64,000 nt of DNA from a virus, in the IMG/VR virus record IMGVR_UViG_3300043621_000137, positions 5,815 to 69,814 of that record; one strand, written 5' to 3'. The position numbers and the translations under genes are program-made. Positions 54,912 to 64,000 of the stretch are shown piece by piece. The notes below the pieces were generated by a model. That model did not search any database. It was not told the DNA's origin and saw only the letters and a list, made by a program, of their open reading frames with translations. The first letter of the stretch is position 1. Each line of letters opens with the position of its first letter.

Positions 54912-56009
54912 ATGGGAAACATCTCGACTGCACAATCCGAGTACTACCGTCGTCCAGCCGACCAGCGCATGGAGTCACCTGAAGCGCTGGTACAGGCAGC
55001 CATCGATCGCAAGGCCAACTGTCGCGAGATGAACTACAACGCCAAAGACCTGCAAGTGATCCCGCAAGACGGCGGGATCGGCCGTGTGGCGCTGGCCAGC
55101 CCGCGCGGCCAAGCCGAGCTGACGCCGTGGTCACATGGCCAGCTGTGCAAGCTCGTGGGCGCGCCAGCGGCGTATGTGCGGTCATTGCCGTCCGACGTCG
55201 CCGCGAGCGCGCTGAACTACGGGCTACAGTCCACCTTGACGGGCACGACAGCGGTAGTCCTGGCGCAACGGGCACTCGAGACCGGCAACGTCACGGCGCG
55301 AGCCATCACAAGCGACACGTACGGCCGTCTGTGGGATGCCGACTATTACTCGCCTGTCGTCGATACGCTGTGCGCGCAAGGCTGGAACACTCCGCCGACG
55401 TGGGATGGCAAGCCAGCGGGGGCGTACCTCAGTGACCGGGACAGTTTCGTGCTCCTCGTGAACGGCGGATCGATCGTCAACGATCCGAGCGCGCGCGACG
55501 ACAACGGGCCGATGTACCGGGGAGTCATGCTGCGGAATTCCGAGGTCGGGCTGACCTCGGTGTGGCTCGATGAGGTCATGTTCCGCTTCGTGTGCGGAAA
55601 CCACATGCTCTGGGGCGCGGTCTACGGCGCGCAATACAAGCGGCGGCATGTCGGATCGGCGGTCCTGCGGGACACCTTGCGTGAAGTCGGGCAACTGGTA
55701 CGGCGAGTGGTGAACCGTCCCGCCAGTGCCGACGAAAGCCTGATCAAGTCGCTGATCTCGCTGGAGCTAGCCAGCACGGAGCAAGGCTTGATCGATGAAC
55801 TCCGCAAGATGGGCGCGACCGTGAGCGATGCGACAGCCGCGTACAAGGCCGCCGTCCAGACCGAGAACGCAAGCCCGCGTAGCTTCTGGGGTATCGCACA
55901 GGGGTTGACGCGCGTGTCACAGGACAGCGGATATCAGGACGACAGGCTAACCCTTGACCACCTGGCAGCGACGGTGCTAGCGCGCGGCCGTGCCCGGGTG
56001 GCAGCGTAG
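54912..56009 (+). CDS. DUF932-family protein
   Basis: WSHGQLC...PAAY, SDRDSF, RNSEVG, RFVCGNH, RRHVG. Confidence 0.8.
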   Translation: MGNISTAQSEYYRRPADQRMESPEALVQAAIDRKANCREMNYNAKDLQVIPQDGGIGRVALASPRGQAELTPWSHGQLCKLVGAPAAYVRSLPSDVAASALNYGLQSTLTGTTAVVLAQRALETGNVTARAITSDTYGRLWDADYYSPVVDTLCAQGWNTPPTWDGKPAGAYLSDRDSFVLLVNGGSIVNDPSARDDNGPMYRGVMLRNSEVGLTSVWLDEVMFRFVCGNHMLWGAVYGAQYKRRHVGSAVLRDTLREVGQLVRRVVNRPASADESLIKSLISLELASTEQGLIDELRKMGATVSDATAAYKAAVQTENASPRSFWGIAQGLTRVSQDSGYQDDRLTLDHLAATVLARGRARVAA

Positions 56010-56139
56010 CAAGCGGAGCAGCGGAGCGCGCTAGGGGCTGGCCCTAGCGCGTTCCAGCGTTGCAACCTGCTATTGGGTGACCGCTGGCAGATTGGAACGC
56101 TCCCGTTCCCCCCTACCGACCGACAGAGGATACCGACCG

Positions 56140-56682
56140 ATGACGACGACGATCACAACGTATGAACCGTTCCCCGAGCTGGCCCCACGCACGGCTAGCG
56201 AGACTCCGGAGCAGTACGGCCTACGCGCGCTACTCTTTTGCACAGCACAGCGACAGACCGTAACCGTTGACGACGACGGGCTGCAGCTGGCCGATCACTA
56301 CTACGGCGTTGCCGTCGGAGGTCGCGACCTATCGCCCGCAGCGGCGGAAAAGCTGGCAGGCATCCGCGAGATGATCCAAGCGGCCATCGCGCGCCGTGCG
56401 GCAAGCGACAGCGCGCGGCTGGCCACGCTAGCGGCTAGCGCGGCGTCGACGCCTGCAGGCGAGGACAAGCCCAATCTTGGCCCGATGGCTCCGCTCTCGC
56501 CTGTGCCCGTGGCTCCCGTGGCTCCCACGGCGGTACAGCCTGTGCCCGTGGCTGTGCCTGTGCCTGTGCCCGTGCCTGTCACGGGTCCCGCAGCCATTCC
56601 CGCGCGCTACACGGCGATCAGCCCGGCAATCGCGGCACGCGCGACGGTACCGCAGGTACCGGCGGATCGGTGGGGGTTTTGA
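56140..56682 (+). CDS. Hypothetical early protein with PV repeats
   Basis: GAGGA RBS. Confidence 0.6.
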   Translation: MTTTITTYEPFPELAPRTASETPEQYGLRALLFCTAQRQTVTVDDDGLQLADHYYGVAVGGRDLSPAAAEKLAGIREMIQAAIARRAASDSARLATLAASAASTPAGEDKPNLGPMAPLSPVPVAPVAPTAVQPVPVAVPVPVPVPVTGPAAIPARYTAISPAIAARATVPQVPADRWGF

Positions 56683-56933
56683 TGACGACGAACACTCGCA
56701 TCTACACGGTAAACCGGCCGTACGTGCTCACGTTCGCCGCAACCGGGCAGGCGTACCCGCTGACTAGCGAAGACGCGCAACGGCTGATCGAGGAGTACCC
56801 CGCGATCACGGCCACGCGGTACCGCGTGGTCCTGCAGGGCCATAACAGCGCGCGCGCCAGTGACCGGACGACGATCACGCCTGCCACGCGTGGCGGGGGA
56901 CCTGCCTTCGTGATTGACCGGGGGCAGGCCTAA
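56682..56933 (+). CDS. Hypothetical early protein
   Basis: TGATG coupling. Confidence 0.55.
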   Translation: MTTNTRIYTVNRPYVLTFAATGQAYPLTSEDAQRLIEEYPAITATRYRVVLQGHNSARASDRTTITPATRGGGPAFVIDRGQA

Positions 56934-57127
56934 TGGATCCGAACGCAAACCTCCGAGAACAAGACGCGCTCACCCGCAGCCGTACCGATCTGGCCCGGCT
57001 GCGAGACCTACGACAGGCGCTCGCCGGCTGGCTGGCCGCTGGCGGCGTTGCGCCCGATTGGGGCAGCTACCTGTACGCCACGGACGCGTACCGCCGGTGG
57101 GCACGGCGGTACGACGTGACGCGCTAG
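56933..57127 (+). CDS. Hypothetical early protein
   Basis: TAATG coupling; MDPNANL...L..WL..GG..PDW phage pattern. Confidence 0.65.
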   Translation: MDPNANLREQDALTRSRTDLARLRDLRQALAGWLAAGGVAPDWGSYLYATDAYRRWARRYDVTR

Positions 57128-57300
57128 CGCGCTAGACGGTGAGTCAGGCGGGGAACCGTTCCCCGTCCGTAACCCGCAAGGCCCGGTGACAAGCCCGGGC
57201 ACGGCAAGCAAGGCGCGCGCGTGGCCGAGTACCACGCTGGCGCGCTGAGTCCGGGGAGAGACGATAACCGACCGACACAGGACCGAGGAGCAACCGAGCC

Positions 57301-57561
57301 ATGACCGACCAGACACCGACCGCACCGATCGCCCGATGGATCGCTCTCACAGAACCGTACGAACTGCTAGACCGCCCGCTCTGGTGGCAGCTGGCGGGAC
57401 GACAGGAAATCGCGAGCGGGTACGGCCGACGTCTCACGTCCAGCCGCAAGGTACGCATCTTGGCGACAGGCCGTGAGTACCGCGTCTACGTGACCTGCTA
57501 CAGCAATGCGGGGACCGCATGGATCCGCAAGGGCGGACAGACGTACATCGTCCGGGATTAG
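57301..57561 (+). CDS. Hypothetical early protein
   Basis: GAGGAG RBS; ASGYG...YRVYVTCYSNAGTAWI. Confidence 0.7.
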   Translation: MTDQTPTAPIARWIALTEPYELLDRPLWWQLAGRQEIASGYGRRLTSSRKVRILATGREYRVYVTCYSNAGTAWIRKGGQTYIVRD

Positions 57562-57673
57562 GCAAGGCCACGGCGCTAGCGTGGCCTGAGTACCACGCTA
57601 GCGCGCTGCAGGGGCGAACAACCCGACACAAACGACCGAACAACCAACCAACAGGACACAGGAGCAACCGAGC

Positions 57674-58264
57674 ATGACCGACACGACGACGACTGACACG
57701 ACACCGACCGAACCGACCGAACCGATGACACTCACGGCAGAGGACATTACCGCCATGCGTGCCGCTACGAGCTGGGCCGTACGCCTGGACGGCGGGATCG
57801 CTACCCTCCGGCTCACCAAGCGACTGCCCGAGCGGACGCGCGACGGGTTTACCGCGCGTACCAGTAGCGAGCCAGAACGCACGATCACCGGGACGGCTCC
57901 CACCATCGTCAAGGCGTGGTTCTCCGAGGCGTACTTGGAGGGCAACTTCGCCGCGCTGCGGCAGCTGGTACGAGCGGGCGACCAACTCCGCTGGTACGCG
58001 GATCAGGGCGCGGAAAACAGCTATCTGCGCGCGGCCGTGATTCCGCCCGGGGCGCTGCAGGACAGCCACTACCACGCGGGCGGGTACGACCGGCTGTACT
58101 GCGACAGCCTGTGTGTGGATGTCGTCCGCAAGGGCAAGCGGATTATCGAGCGGATGACGATCACCTTCAGCCTGTGCCCGCAGAACTCCGCACGGGCGTA
58201 CGAGGGCAGCGGGCAGCGGGCGCGACGGGCGGAGTACACGCTGACGGCGGGAGCGGGCGAATGA
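57674..58264 (+). CDS. Hypothetical early protein
   Basis: AGGAG RBS; 196 aa. Confidence 0.7.
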   Translation: MTDTTTTDTTPTEPTEPMTLTAEDITAMRAATSWAVRLDGGIATLRLTKRLPERTRDGFTARTSSEPERTITGTAPTIVKAWFSEAYLEGNFAALRQLVRAGDQLRWYADQGAENSYLRAAVIPPGALQDSHYHAGGYDRLYCDSLCVDVVRKGKRIIERMTITFSLCPQNSARAYEGSGQRARRAEYTLTAGAGE

Positions 58265-58476
58265 GGGCGCACGATGGCCCGACGTTCCACTATGCGGCGC
58301 ACCCGGGCGCGCCCGATCAGATCCACATGGGCGCGGCGCTATGCGGCGCGGGGCGCGCGGCGCGGACCGAGGGTGAGCAGTACGTCACGGGCGAATGGAC
58401 GTACGTGACCTGCCGCAACTGTGAGCGGCGGCAGCGCGCGGCAGCGGCGCGCGACCGACAGCGCGCGGGCGAGTAG
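58261..58476 (+). CDS. Small zinc-binding protein
   Basis: ATGA overlap; H...ALCG...VTCRNC. Confidence 0.6.
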   Translation: MRAHDGPTFHYAAHPGAPDQIHMGAALCGAGRAARTEGEQYVTGEWTYVTCRNCERRQRAAAARDRQRAGE

Positions 58477-58527
58477 GCACACGGGCGTACGGGCTGGCCC
58501 GGGGACACGCGCACTCCCGGGCCAGCC

Positions 58528-58558
58528 TTGACAGATGCATATGCATCTATGCTACAGT
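58528..58558 (+). promoter_or_regulatory. Promoter with a perfect 16-bp palindromic operator in the spacer
   Basis: TTGACA, AGATGCATATGCATCT, extended -10 TGcTACAGT. Confidence 0.7.
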
Positions 58559-58619
58559 GCGCGGGTACGAGCACCACGAACAACCGACCGACTAACCGAG
58601 AGAGAGAGAGTAGGACAGC

Positions 58620-58979
58620 ATGAACACGACAGACACACGCACGAGCACCACCACGCCTGAGACGAGCACGGTCAACGTCCGCACCCTCGCGGCGTTCAAG
58701 CGTTTTCTGGCCACCCCTGACGCGACGGTGCAAGTCATCCGCAACGATTGGGCGGACCCGGCGAAGACGTCCCACCCGATCACCCCCAAAGCGGGCTACT
58801 GGGACGCGAAGCGGGTCCAGACCCTGCAATCGAACGCGGTGCAGTTCACGACCGGCGGCTGGCTGCACTTTCCGAAAGCGGCGCACGCACGGTATGAGGG
58901 CGATACGGCGACCTTCTGCATGGAGGAGAACGGGACGTTTGCGACGGTGCTGGTCTACCGGCTCACCCTTGAGCCCTGA
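58620..58979 (+). CDS. Hypothetical early protein
   Basis: QSNAVQF...WLHFPKA; repeated leader upstream. Confidence 0.7.
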   Translation: MNTTDTRTSTTTPETSTVNVRTLAAFKRFLATPDATVQVIRNDWADPAKTSHPITPKAGYWDAKRVQTLQSNAVQFTTGGWLHFPKAAHARYEGDTATFCMEENGTFATVLVYRLTLEP

Positions 58980-59046
58980 GCATTGCGCGTGCGACACCAC
59001 GAACACCACAACCGACTAACCGAACCGAGAGAGAGAGTAAAACAGC

Positions 59047-59574
59047 ATGAGCGCCTTTATGTGTGATGACGATACCTTCGACTACTTGGCGGGGCTGATG
59101 CGGACGTGTCAGCCCCGGTATGACGCGGGCTTTACCTTCTACCTGCCCGAGGCCGACCGGGCCGCGCTGGTCGACGCGGGCGTACTCGACACGCCGATCG
59201 TACGCCTGGACGGTCGGACGGACACGGCGGCCTTGATCACGATCTTGCGACGGGAAAACCTGACGTCCCTGGTCGCACGGTACGGCGAGAAGGCGTTAGG
59301 GGACGCGGGCGAATACACCCTGCGCCCGGTCCCGAGTGCCGAGGTCGATCCCGTGGTCGCGCTGAAATCGCTCGCGTGCCTGGACTATCAGTCCTGCGAG
59401 CACGAGGGGTACGAGCGGTCGGTCGGCAAGCGGCTGATCGGGGCGCTGACCGACTACGCGGTGAGTCTCCTGCCCGGGTACGAGGCCGCGCCCTGGGGCT
59501 GGACGCGCGCGGATGCGGCGACAGCGGCGAAGGCAGCAGCGGCGCCGACAGCGGCGGCTGACTGGAACTTCTGA
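59047..59574 (+). CDS. Conserved phage/plasmid hypothetical protein
   Basis: MSAF...ENLTSLVARY...LKSLACLDYQSCEH...APWG. Confidence 0.75.
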   Translation: MSAFMCDDDTFDYLAGLMRTCQPRYDAGFTFYLPEADRAALVDAGVLDTPIVRLDGRTDTAALITILRRENLTSLVARYGEKALGDAGEYTLRPVPSAEVDPVVALKSLACLDYQSCEHEGYERSVGKRLIGALTDYAVSLLPGYEAAPWGWTRADAATAAKAAAAPTAAADWNF

Positions 59575-59686
59575 GGCCTGAGCCTTGCGCGTGCGCCACG
59601 CCCGCACGGCTACACGGGCACGATCTATTCGGCGGCGCACGTCGCCCACCTACCCGCCGAGCGGCGGCACGACTGAGGCGAAGCAT

Positions 59687-60181
59687 ATGCAACCGACCAC
59701 CACCACGACGACGACGACGGAGGACCGACCGATGATGATGTCTGCGTACGAACGACTGAACCAACTGGCCAGCGAGCTGGTGGGCGATGGCAAGTCCCCG
59801 AACCTGTACTTCGTGACCGACGGCGGATCGGTCCTCACCGTCACGCTCGACGGGCGGCTGGCGTACCAGCACTGGCGCGCGCTGGCCGCGCGTCGGCCGC
59901 GTGTCGACTGCGCCCTGGAGGACCGCGAGACCGGCGTCCTGTGCAGCGTGGAGCCCGCCGAGGACAGCGGCGGGCGGCGCGTGGTCCACGACGACTATGC
60001 GCGGCTGACCGGCGACCAGGGCGACCCGGATGAACCGGTCACCGTGCGGCAGACCGCCTGTCGGCACTGCGGGCTGGACATCGAAGGCTTCGCGCCGTAC
60101 GCACGCGGGCAGTGGCAGGACCGAGGCGGCAATCGGACGTGCAACGACGGCAAGCACGCGCACGCGCCCGTGCCGGAGTAG
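59687..60181 (+). CDS. Hypothetical early protein with C-terminal zinc finger
   Basis: GAGG RBS; CRHCG...C...H; alternative start near 59732. Confidence 0.6.
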   Translation: MQPTTTTTTTTEDRPMMMSAYERLNQLASELVGDGKSPNLYFVTDGGSVLTVTLDGRLAYQHWRALAARRPRVDCALEDRETGVLCSVEPAEDSGGRRVVHDDYARLTGDQGDPDEPVTVRQTACRHCGLDIEGFAPYARGQWQDRGGNRTCNDGKHAHAPVPE

Positions 60182-60205
60182 ACTAGTGATGACTAGGAGT
60201 GATGT

Positions 60206-60445
60206 ATGTCGGTGATGGTGAGCGAACTGTACACGGCGCTGCGCGCGGCGGGCGTCGAGGAGACGCAAGCGCGCGCGGCGGCGGAGTCGGTCCTGTCGGA
60301 GGTGGCGACGAAGGCCGACCTGCAGGTGCTGCAGCTGAGTATCAAGGCGGATCTGTCCGACCTGAAGGCCGAGCTGATCAAGTGGAACGTGGGCACGCTG
60401 CTCGCCCTCTCGGCGATCTTCGGGGCGCTCAAGGTGCTGGGCTGA
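60206..60445 (+). CDS. DUF1640/CCDC90-like coiled-coil membrane protein
   Basis: LRAAGV...A.A.AE...ATKADL...LIKW + TM. Confidence 0.75.
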   Translation: MSVMVSELYTALRAAGVEETQARAAAESVLSEVATKADLQVLQLSIKADLSDLKAELIKWNVGTLLALSAIFGALKVLG

Positions 60446-60585
60446 TGGCGACCGTCCTGGTCATGGCGCACCAGGCGCGGGCGCACCCGGATCTGGCCGA
60501 GACCCAGCGCGAGCGGGCGCAGCTGGAGGCGGCGCTCGCGGCCAAGCTGGCGGCAGCGCGCGAGCCGGGCGGCCGCCCGGCATGA
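60445..60585 (+). CDS. Hypothetical protein
   Basis: Coupled to both neighbours. Confidence 0.45.
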   Translation: MATVLVMAHQARAHPDLAETQRERAQLEAALAAKLAAAREPGGRPA

Positions 60586-60842
60586 GCTCGCGCATCCCGC
60601 TGGCGGGCGAGGAGCCGCCGCGCCAGCAGGTCACGCCGTGCCCCGAGTGCGGCCAGCCCCGCTGGACGCCCAACGGCGCGTGGCTACGCTGGCGGCGGCA
60701 GACGGCCGGCCTGGACCAGCGCACGCTCGCGAGGCGGCTGCACGTCAGCGGGCCGTACCTGAGCGACCTGGAGCGCAACCGGCGCACGGTCCCGACGTCG
60801 GTGCTGCGCGTCTACGCCACCCTGAAACGAAGGCCCCGATGA
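60582..60842 (+). CDS. Cro/C1-type HTH regulator
   Basis: LRWRRQTAGLDQRTLARRLHVSGPYLSDLERNRR. Confidence 0.85.
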   Translation: MSSRIPLAGEEPPRQQVTPCPECGQPRWTPNGAWLRWRRQTAGLDQRTLARRLHVSGPYLSDLERNRRTVPTSVLRVYATLKRRPR

Positions 60843-61402
60843 TCACCGACGACACGCCTCCCCACGACAGCGCGCGCGACTACTGCCTGGACGCGATCGG
60901 CCACGGCTGCTTCGCCTGTGACCTGGACGGCCACGTCCACGGCTTCGTCCCGTCCGTGCGCGATCGGCTGATCGAGCGCGGCGTCCTCCAGCAGCGAGCC
61001 GATACCCGCTGGTACCTGTCCTGGCGTGGCTTCGACCTGGACCGGGAGAAGGCGGCCGATATGGCCTGCTGTGACTTCTGCAGCGCGCGGCCGGTGTGCT
61101 GGCTCGTCCCGTGTGTGAGTTTCACGCTGCCCCCCGGCCCCGGCCCCGGCCCCACGTCGGTCAGCGAGGGCGACTGGGCGGCCTGTGCGGCGTGTGGGGC
61201 GACCATTGCGGCCGAGGACCGCGCCGCGCTCCTCGCGCGTGCCCTGGCGGCGCCCACGCCGCCGAACGTGCCCCCGGCGCTCCGGACCGACCCGCGCCTC
61301 CGGCGGGTGCTCGCCGAGACCAAGCGCGCCCTGCAGCAGGCCTTCTGGCAGCACTACCGCGGCGGCGCGGTACGCATTCCGTCGCACCCGTACGGGCACT
61401 GA
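60839..61402 (+). CDS. Hypothetical zinc-finger protein
   Basis: CDFCS...WAACAAC. Confidence 0.65.
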   Translation: MITDDTPPHDSARDYCLDAIGHGCFACDLDGHVHGFVPSVRDRLIERGVLQQRADTRWYLSWRGFDLDREKAADMACCDFCSARPVCWLVPCVSFTLPPGPGPGPTSVSEGDWAACAACGATIAAEDRAALLARALAAPTPPNVPPALRTDPRLRRVLAETKRALQQAFWQHYRGGAVRIPSHPYGH

Positions 61403-61405
61403 GCC

Positions 61406-61657
61406 ATGCCTGACTCGACTCGGCCCTTCCAGCGCGGCGACTTCGTGATCCTCCGCGCCCACGGCACGCAGAAGGCGGCGATGGTCACGCTGGCGAGCGA
61501 GAACGGCCGCTCGCTGATGGTGATGTTCGACGGCGGGTTGTTCTGGCCCGGCGAGGCGGGCGGCTACGTCGGCATGATGCCGCTCCTCCAGCTGGACGAC
61601 GGCACCTACGTCGAGTTGATCAATCACCGCCCGGTCGGGATCGTGCGGCGGCCGTGA
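61406..61657 (+). CDS. Hypothetical protein
   Basis: 83 aa, beta-rich. Confidence 0.65.
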   Translation: MPDSTRPFQRGDFVILRAHGTQKAAMVTLASENGRSLMVMFDGGLFWPGEAGGYVGMMPLLQLDDGTYVELINHRPVGIVRRP

Positions 61658-61995
61658 CACCGATCCCGATGCCGGGCCTGTACATCCTCGATGCCGACGG
61701 CATCCCGCAGCCCTGCGCGGACGTGCTGACCTGGGGCGACTGGATGGAGACGCACCACCCGGTGCATGTGGTCGACGACACCGGTACGGGCGCCGACGGC
61801 CGTCTGGCGCGCGTCTCCACCGTCTTCCTCGGTCTCGATCACAATCACGCCGACAGCGGGCCGCCCGTCCTCTGGGAGACGATGGTCTTCGGCGGGGCGC
61901 TCGACGGGGCGCAGGTGCGCTACACGAGCCACGACGAGGCGCGCGACGGCCATCTGGCGATGTGCCAGCGCGTGTACGGGCGGCACGAGGCGTGA
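61654..61995 (+). CDS. Conserved phage hypothetical protein
   Basis: VSTVFLGLDH...PVLWETMVFGG...RY...EA..GH. Confidence 0.75.
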   Translation: MTPIPMPGLYILDADGIPQPCADVLTWGDWMETHHPVHVVDDTGTGADGRLARVSTVFLGLDHNHADSGPPVLWETMVFGGALDGAQVRYTSHDEARDGHLAMCQRVYGRHEA

Positions 61996-62537
61996 GCGCG
62001 ATCACCCGGCTCCCGCCCCAGCCCTGCCCGATCTGCGGCACGCCCCTCGACGCGGCCGGCCCGGTCGACGTCGACGGCCCGCCGGCCACCCCCGCCCCCG
62101 GCGACTGGACCTGCTGTGCCTACTGCCTGCAGTGGCTGGTCTTCCTGCCTGGCGGCGGGCTGCGGCCGGTGACCGACCGCGAGTGGCTGGCCCTCTCTGA
62201 CGACGAGCGCGTGCAGCTGACCGCCCAGCGCGAGCGCGTCCGCCGCGCCTTGGGCGACGAGGCCGCCGACGTGAGCGCGCGGTGGGCGGGCGCGCGTGAG
62301 GCGGTCGGGGCGATCTATCGCCAGCTCGTCACGTCCGCCGATACGCTCCGCCCGGACGACCAGCAGCGCCTCCTCGCCTTGTGGACGCTCGACGACCCGC
62401 GCCAGTTGGCCGTCGCGCTGCACGCCTACTACCGCGACCTGGACCGGGCGGATCGGACGCCCCGGTCGCTGCTGTACCTCCATCTCGGCTGGCTGGCGGG
62501 CTTGGTCCCTGAGCCCGACGAGGCGCCCCCGGCGTGA
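61992..62537 (+). CDS. Hypothetical zinc-finger protein
   Basis: CPICG...PAPGD...CAYC. Confidence 0.65.
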   Translation: MSAITRLPPQPCPICGTPLDAAGPVDVDGPPATPAPGDWTCCAYCLQWLVFLPGGGLRPVTDREWLALSDDERVQLTAQRERVRRALGDEAADVSARWAGAREAVGAIYRQLVTSADTLRPDDQQRLLALWTLDDPRQLAVALHAYYRDLDRADRTPRSLLYLHLGWLAGLVPEPDEAPPA

Positions 62538-62743
62538 CGCCGACTGTCCTGCAGCACGGCAGCGGCTACGATCTGGTGGTCCGGCACGCGCCTGCGCGGG
62601 CGGAGCGGCACGCGCGGCTCACGCTCGGCCTCCGCTGCCACACCTGCCAGCGGATCTCGTTTCACCCGAAGGACATCCAGGAGCGGTACTGCGCGGCCTG
62701 CCATGTGTTCCACGAGGACCAGCGGCTCGACCCTCAGGGCTGA
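62534..62743 (+). CDS. Small zinc-finger protein
   Basis: CHTC..ISFHPKDI..RYCAACHVFH. Confidence 0.65.
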   Translation: MTPTVLQHGSGYDLVVRHAPARAERHARLTLGLRCHTCQRISFHPKDIQERYCAACHVFHEDQRLDPQG

Positions 62744-62747
62744 GGCT

Positions 62748-62954
62748 ATGCCGCAGCGGTACCTCTTCGCCGAGGGCGAGCTAGAGACGCTCGTCTGCCC
62801 CTGCGGCAGCCCCGTCGTCGCCTCCGACCCGGTCGTGAACGACGACGGCGACCTCGTGCAGTTTGGCTTCTGCCCCGTCTGTGGCATCGCCCCGCCGGCG
62901 CCCGACGAGCCGTGGCTCTGGTGGCTCCCGAAGGCGCTGGGGCGGCGGCACTAG
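62748..62954 (+). CDS. Small zinc-finger protein
   Basis: CPCG...CPVCG; GAGG RBS. Confidence 0.55.
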   Translation: MPQRYLFAEGELETLVCPCGSPVVASDPVVNDDGDLVQFGFCPVCGIAPPAPDEPWLWWLPKALGRRH

Positions 62955-63218
62955 CCCGCCTGAGGCCCAGGGCCGACGGCAGGCCCCCGGCGCGGCGGTC
63001 GCCCTGGGCGGCGCTCGCTGATCTGCCGCGTGACCGCCCGGCCCGCTGCGCCGACGGCGACTCCCGCGAGCGCCAGCGAGCGGGGGAGTCGAGGCGTGCT
63101 ACGCTCCCCGCCGTCCCCGCCGTACGATCGTACGAGTAGCTGTACAGGGTCTCGGGACAGTCCGCCAGCCAGCCACGCGGCTCGTGCGGCGGGCCAGCCT
63201 GTACGAGGAGTCCCTGCC

Positions 63219-63776
63219 ATGCCTGAGATCCCCCGGATGCCCCCGGGCCGTCGTTGCTTCGCCCGCATTGATCGCTTCGAGTGCGAGTGTCCGCACTGCG
63301 GCCGGCTGATCTTCGCCGGCATCGACAAGCGCTTCCTGCCGAGCCGGCTGGCCGACACCGCGCGAGCCCGCGCCGCGGCCAAGCAGCGCCCCAAGGCCGA
63401 GTCGATCCTGCGCCTGTTCTGGAACCCGTACACCCAGCGGCTCTGCTGCCCGTGGTGCGACCACGTCTACACGCTCGGCGTGGTGTTCTATCCAGCGCGG
63501 AGGCGCGGGCGGCGCATCACCCAGCCGGCGCCCGACACCGAGCCGACCCCGGCGGAGGTGGCCGAGATGCGGCGGCTGGCGGGCGGCTGGTTTGTGCAGG
63601 GCGGCAAGACGTCGCGGCTCGCCCACCTCGCCCACGCCAACCTGCTCGTCACGGCCGAGTGCAGCTGCGTCTCGGGGGGGACCGACCCGGCCTGCCTGCT
63701 GCACGGCGCGGCGCTGATCGGGGTGAACGCGGCACCGCGATCGGAGGCGCCGGAGGGGGGCGAAAGTCCGAAATAA
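63219..63776 (+). CDS. Hypothetical Cys-rich protein
   Basis: GAGGAG RBS; CPHCG, CPWC, C-x-C...C..HG. Confidence 0.65.
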   Translation: MPEIPRMPPGRRCFARIDRFECECPHCGRLIFAGIDKRFLPSRLADTARARAAAKQRPKAESILRLFWNPYTQRLCCPWCDHVYTLGVVFYPARRRGRRITQPAPDTEPTPAEVAEMRRLAGGWFVQGGKTSRLAHLAHANLLVTAECSCVSGGTDPACLLHGAALIGVNAAPRSEAPEGGESPK

Positions 63777-64000
63777 TGGATGAGCGTAGGTCGCTCAGAT
63801 ATTGAGCGACCCCCGCACACCCCCCTTTTTTGTGTCCATTCGCCAGTAAGCCCTGCGGGGCCAAGAGGTTATAAACGGACATGAGTCTGGACAGCAGGCC
63901 GAACTACGTCCTGAAGTCGCCAGAAATCGTACGCACTCTGGACAACCAGACAGGACATGTCCAGATTTTTGTCCTCTTATAACTGTATATGTACATAGGG

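Larger units (their letters stand above)
1..64000. mobile_element. Temperate tailed phage, podovirus-like, apparently non-integrated (attP intact); partial or near-complete genome
   Basis: Terminase, portal, capsid, tail and ejection genes, integrase and PolA present; no tape-measure gene recognised; no host housekeeping genes; phage genes on both sides of the tRNA/att site. Confidence 0.93.

Noticed and set aside
63225-63234. Fifth copy of the GGGGGATCT late motif
   Set aside because: Lies inside a + strand gene start, lacks the -35 hexamer and has no credible minus-strand gene downstream

Overview
This is a GC-rich (about 70% by eye) temperate tailed-phage sequence with no host genes visible, probably most of one genome. 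+ strand 1-16.5 kb is the recombination/replication module: Cas4/RecB-like nuclease, Sak4-like ATPase, SSB-like protein, cold-shock protein, Pif1 helicase, RHH-excisionase-tyrosine integrase followed by a complete convergent tRNA-Thr(CGT) at the probable attP, a SLOG protein and a UDG-PolA fusion. - strand 16.5-54.2 kb is the podovirus-like late module: terminases, portal, scaffold, capsid, adaptors, tail/fibre proteins, ejection proteins with a lytic transglycosylase, and two HNH genes. + strand 54.9-63.8 kb is an early region of small genes preceded by repeated leaders. The main finding is a 271-aa intein in the UDG domain with no sense-strand endonuclease. Instead an HTH + Vsr/DUF559-like nuclease gene lies codon-aligned on the antisense strand; its RBS and start codon come from intein block F and its stop codon from the -1 extein Ser codon. 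Other observations: both HNH genes seem to have taken over the start of the downstream gene, a palindrome (GATGCATATGCATC) occurs about 13 times, and a GGGGGATCTTG late-promoter motif occurs four times. All family assignments come from motif recognition by eye, not database searches.
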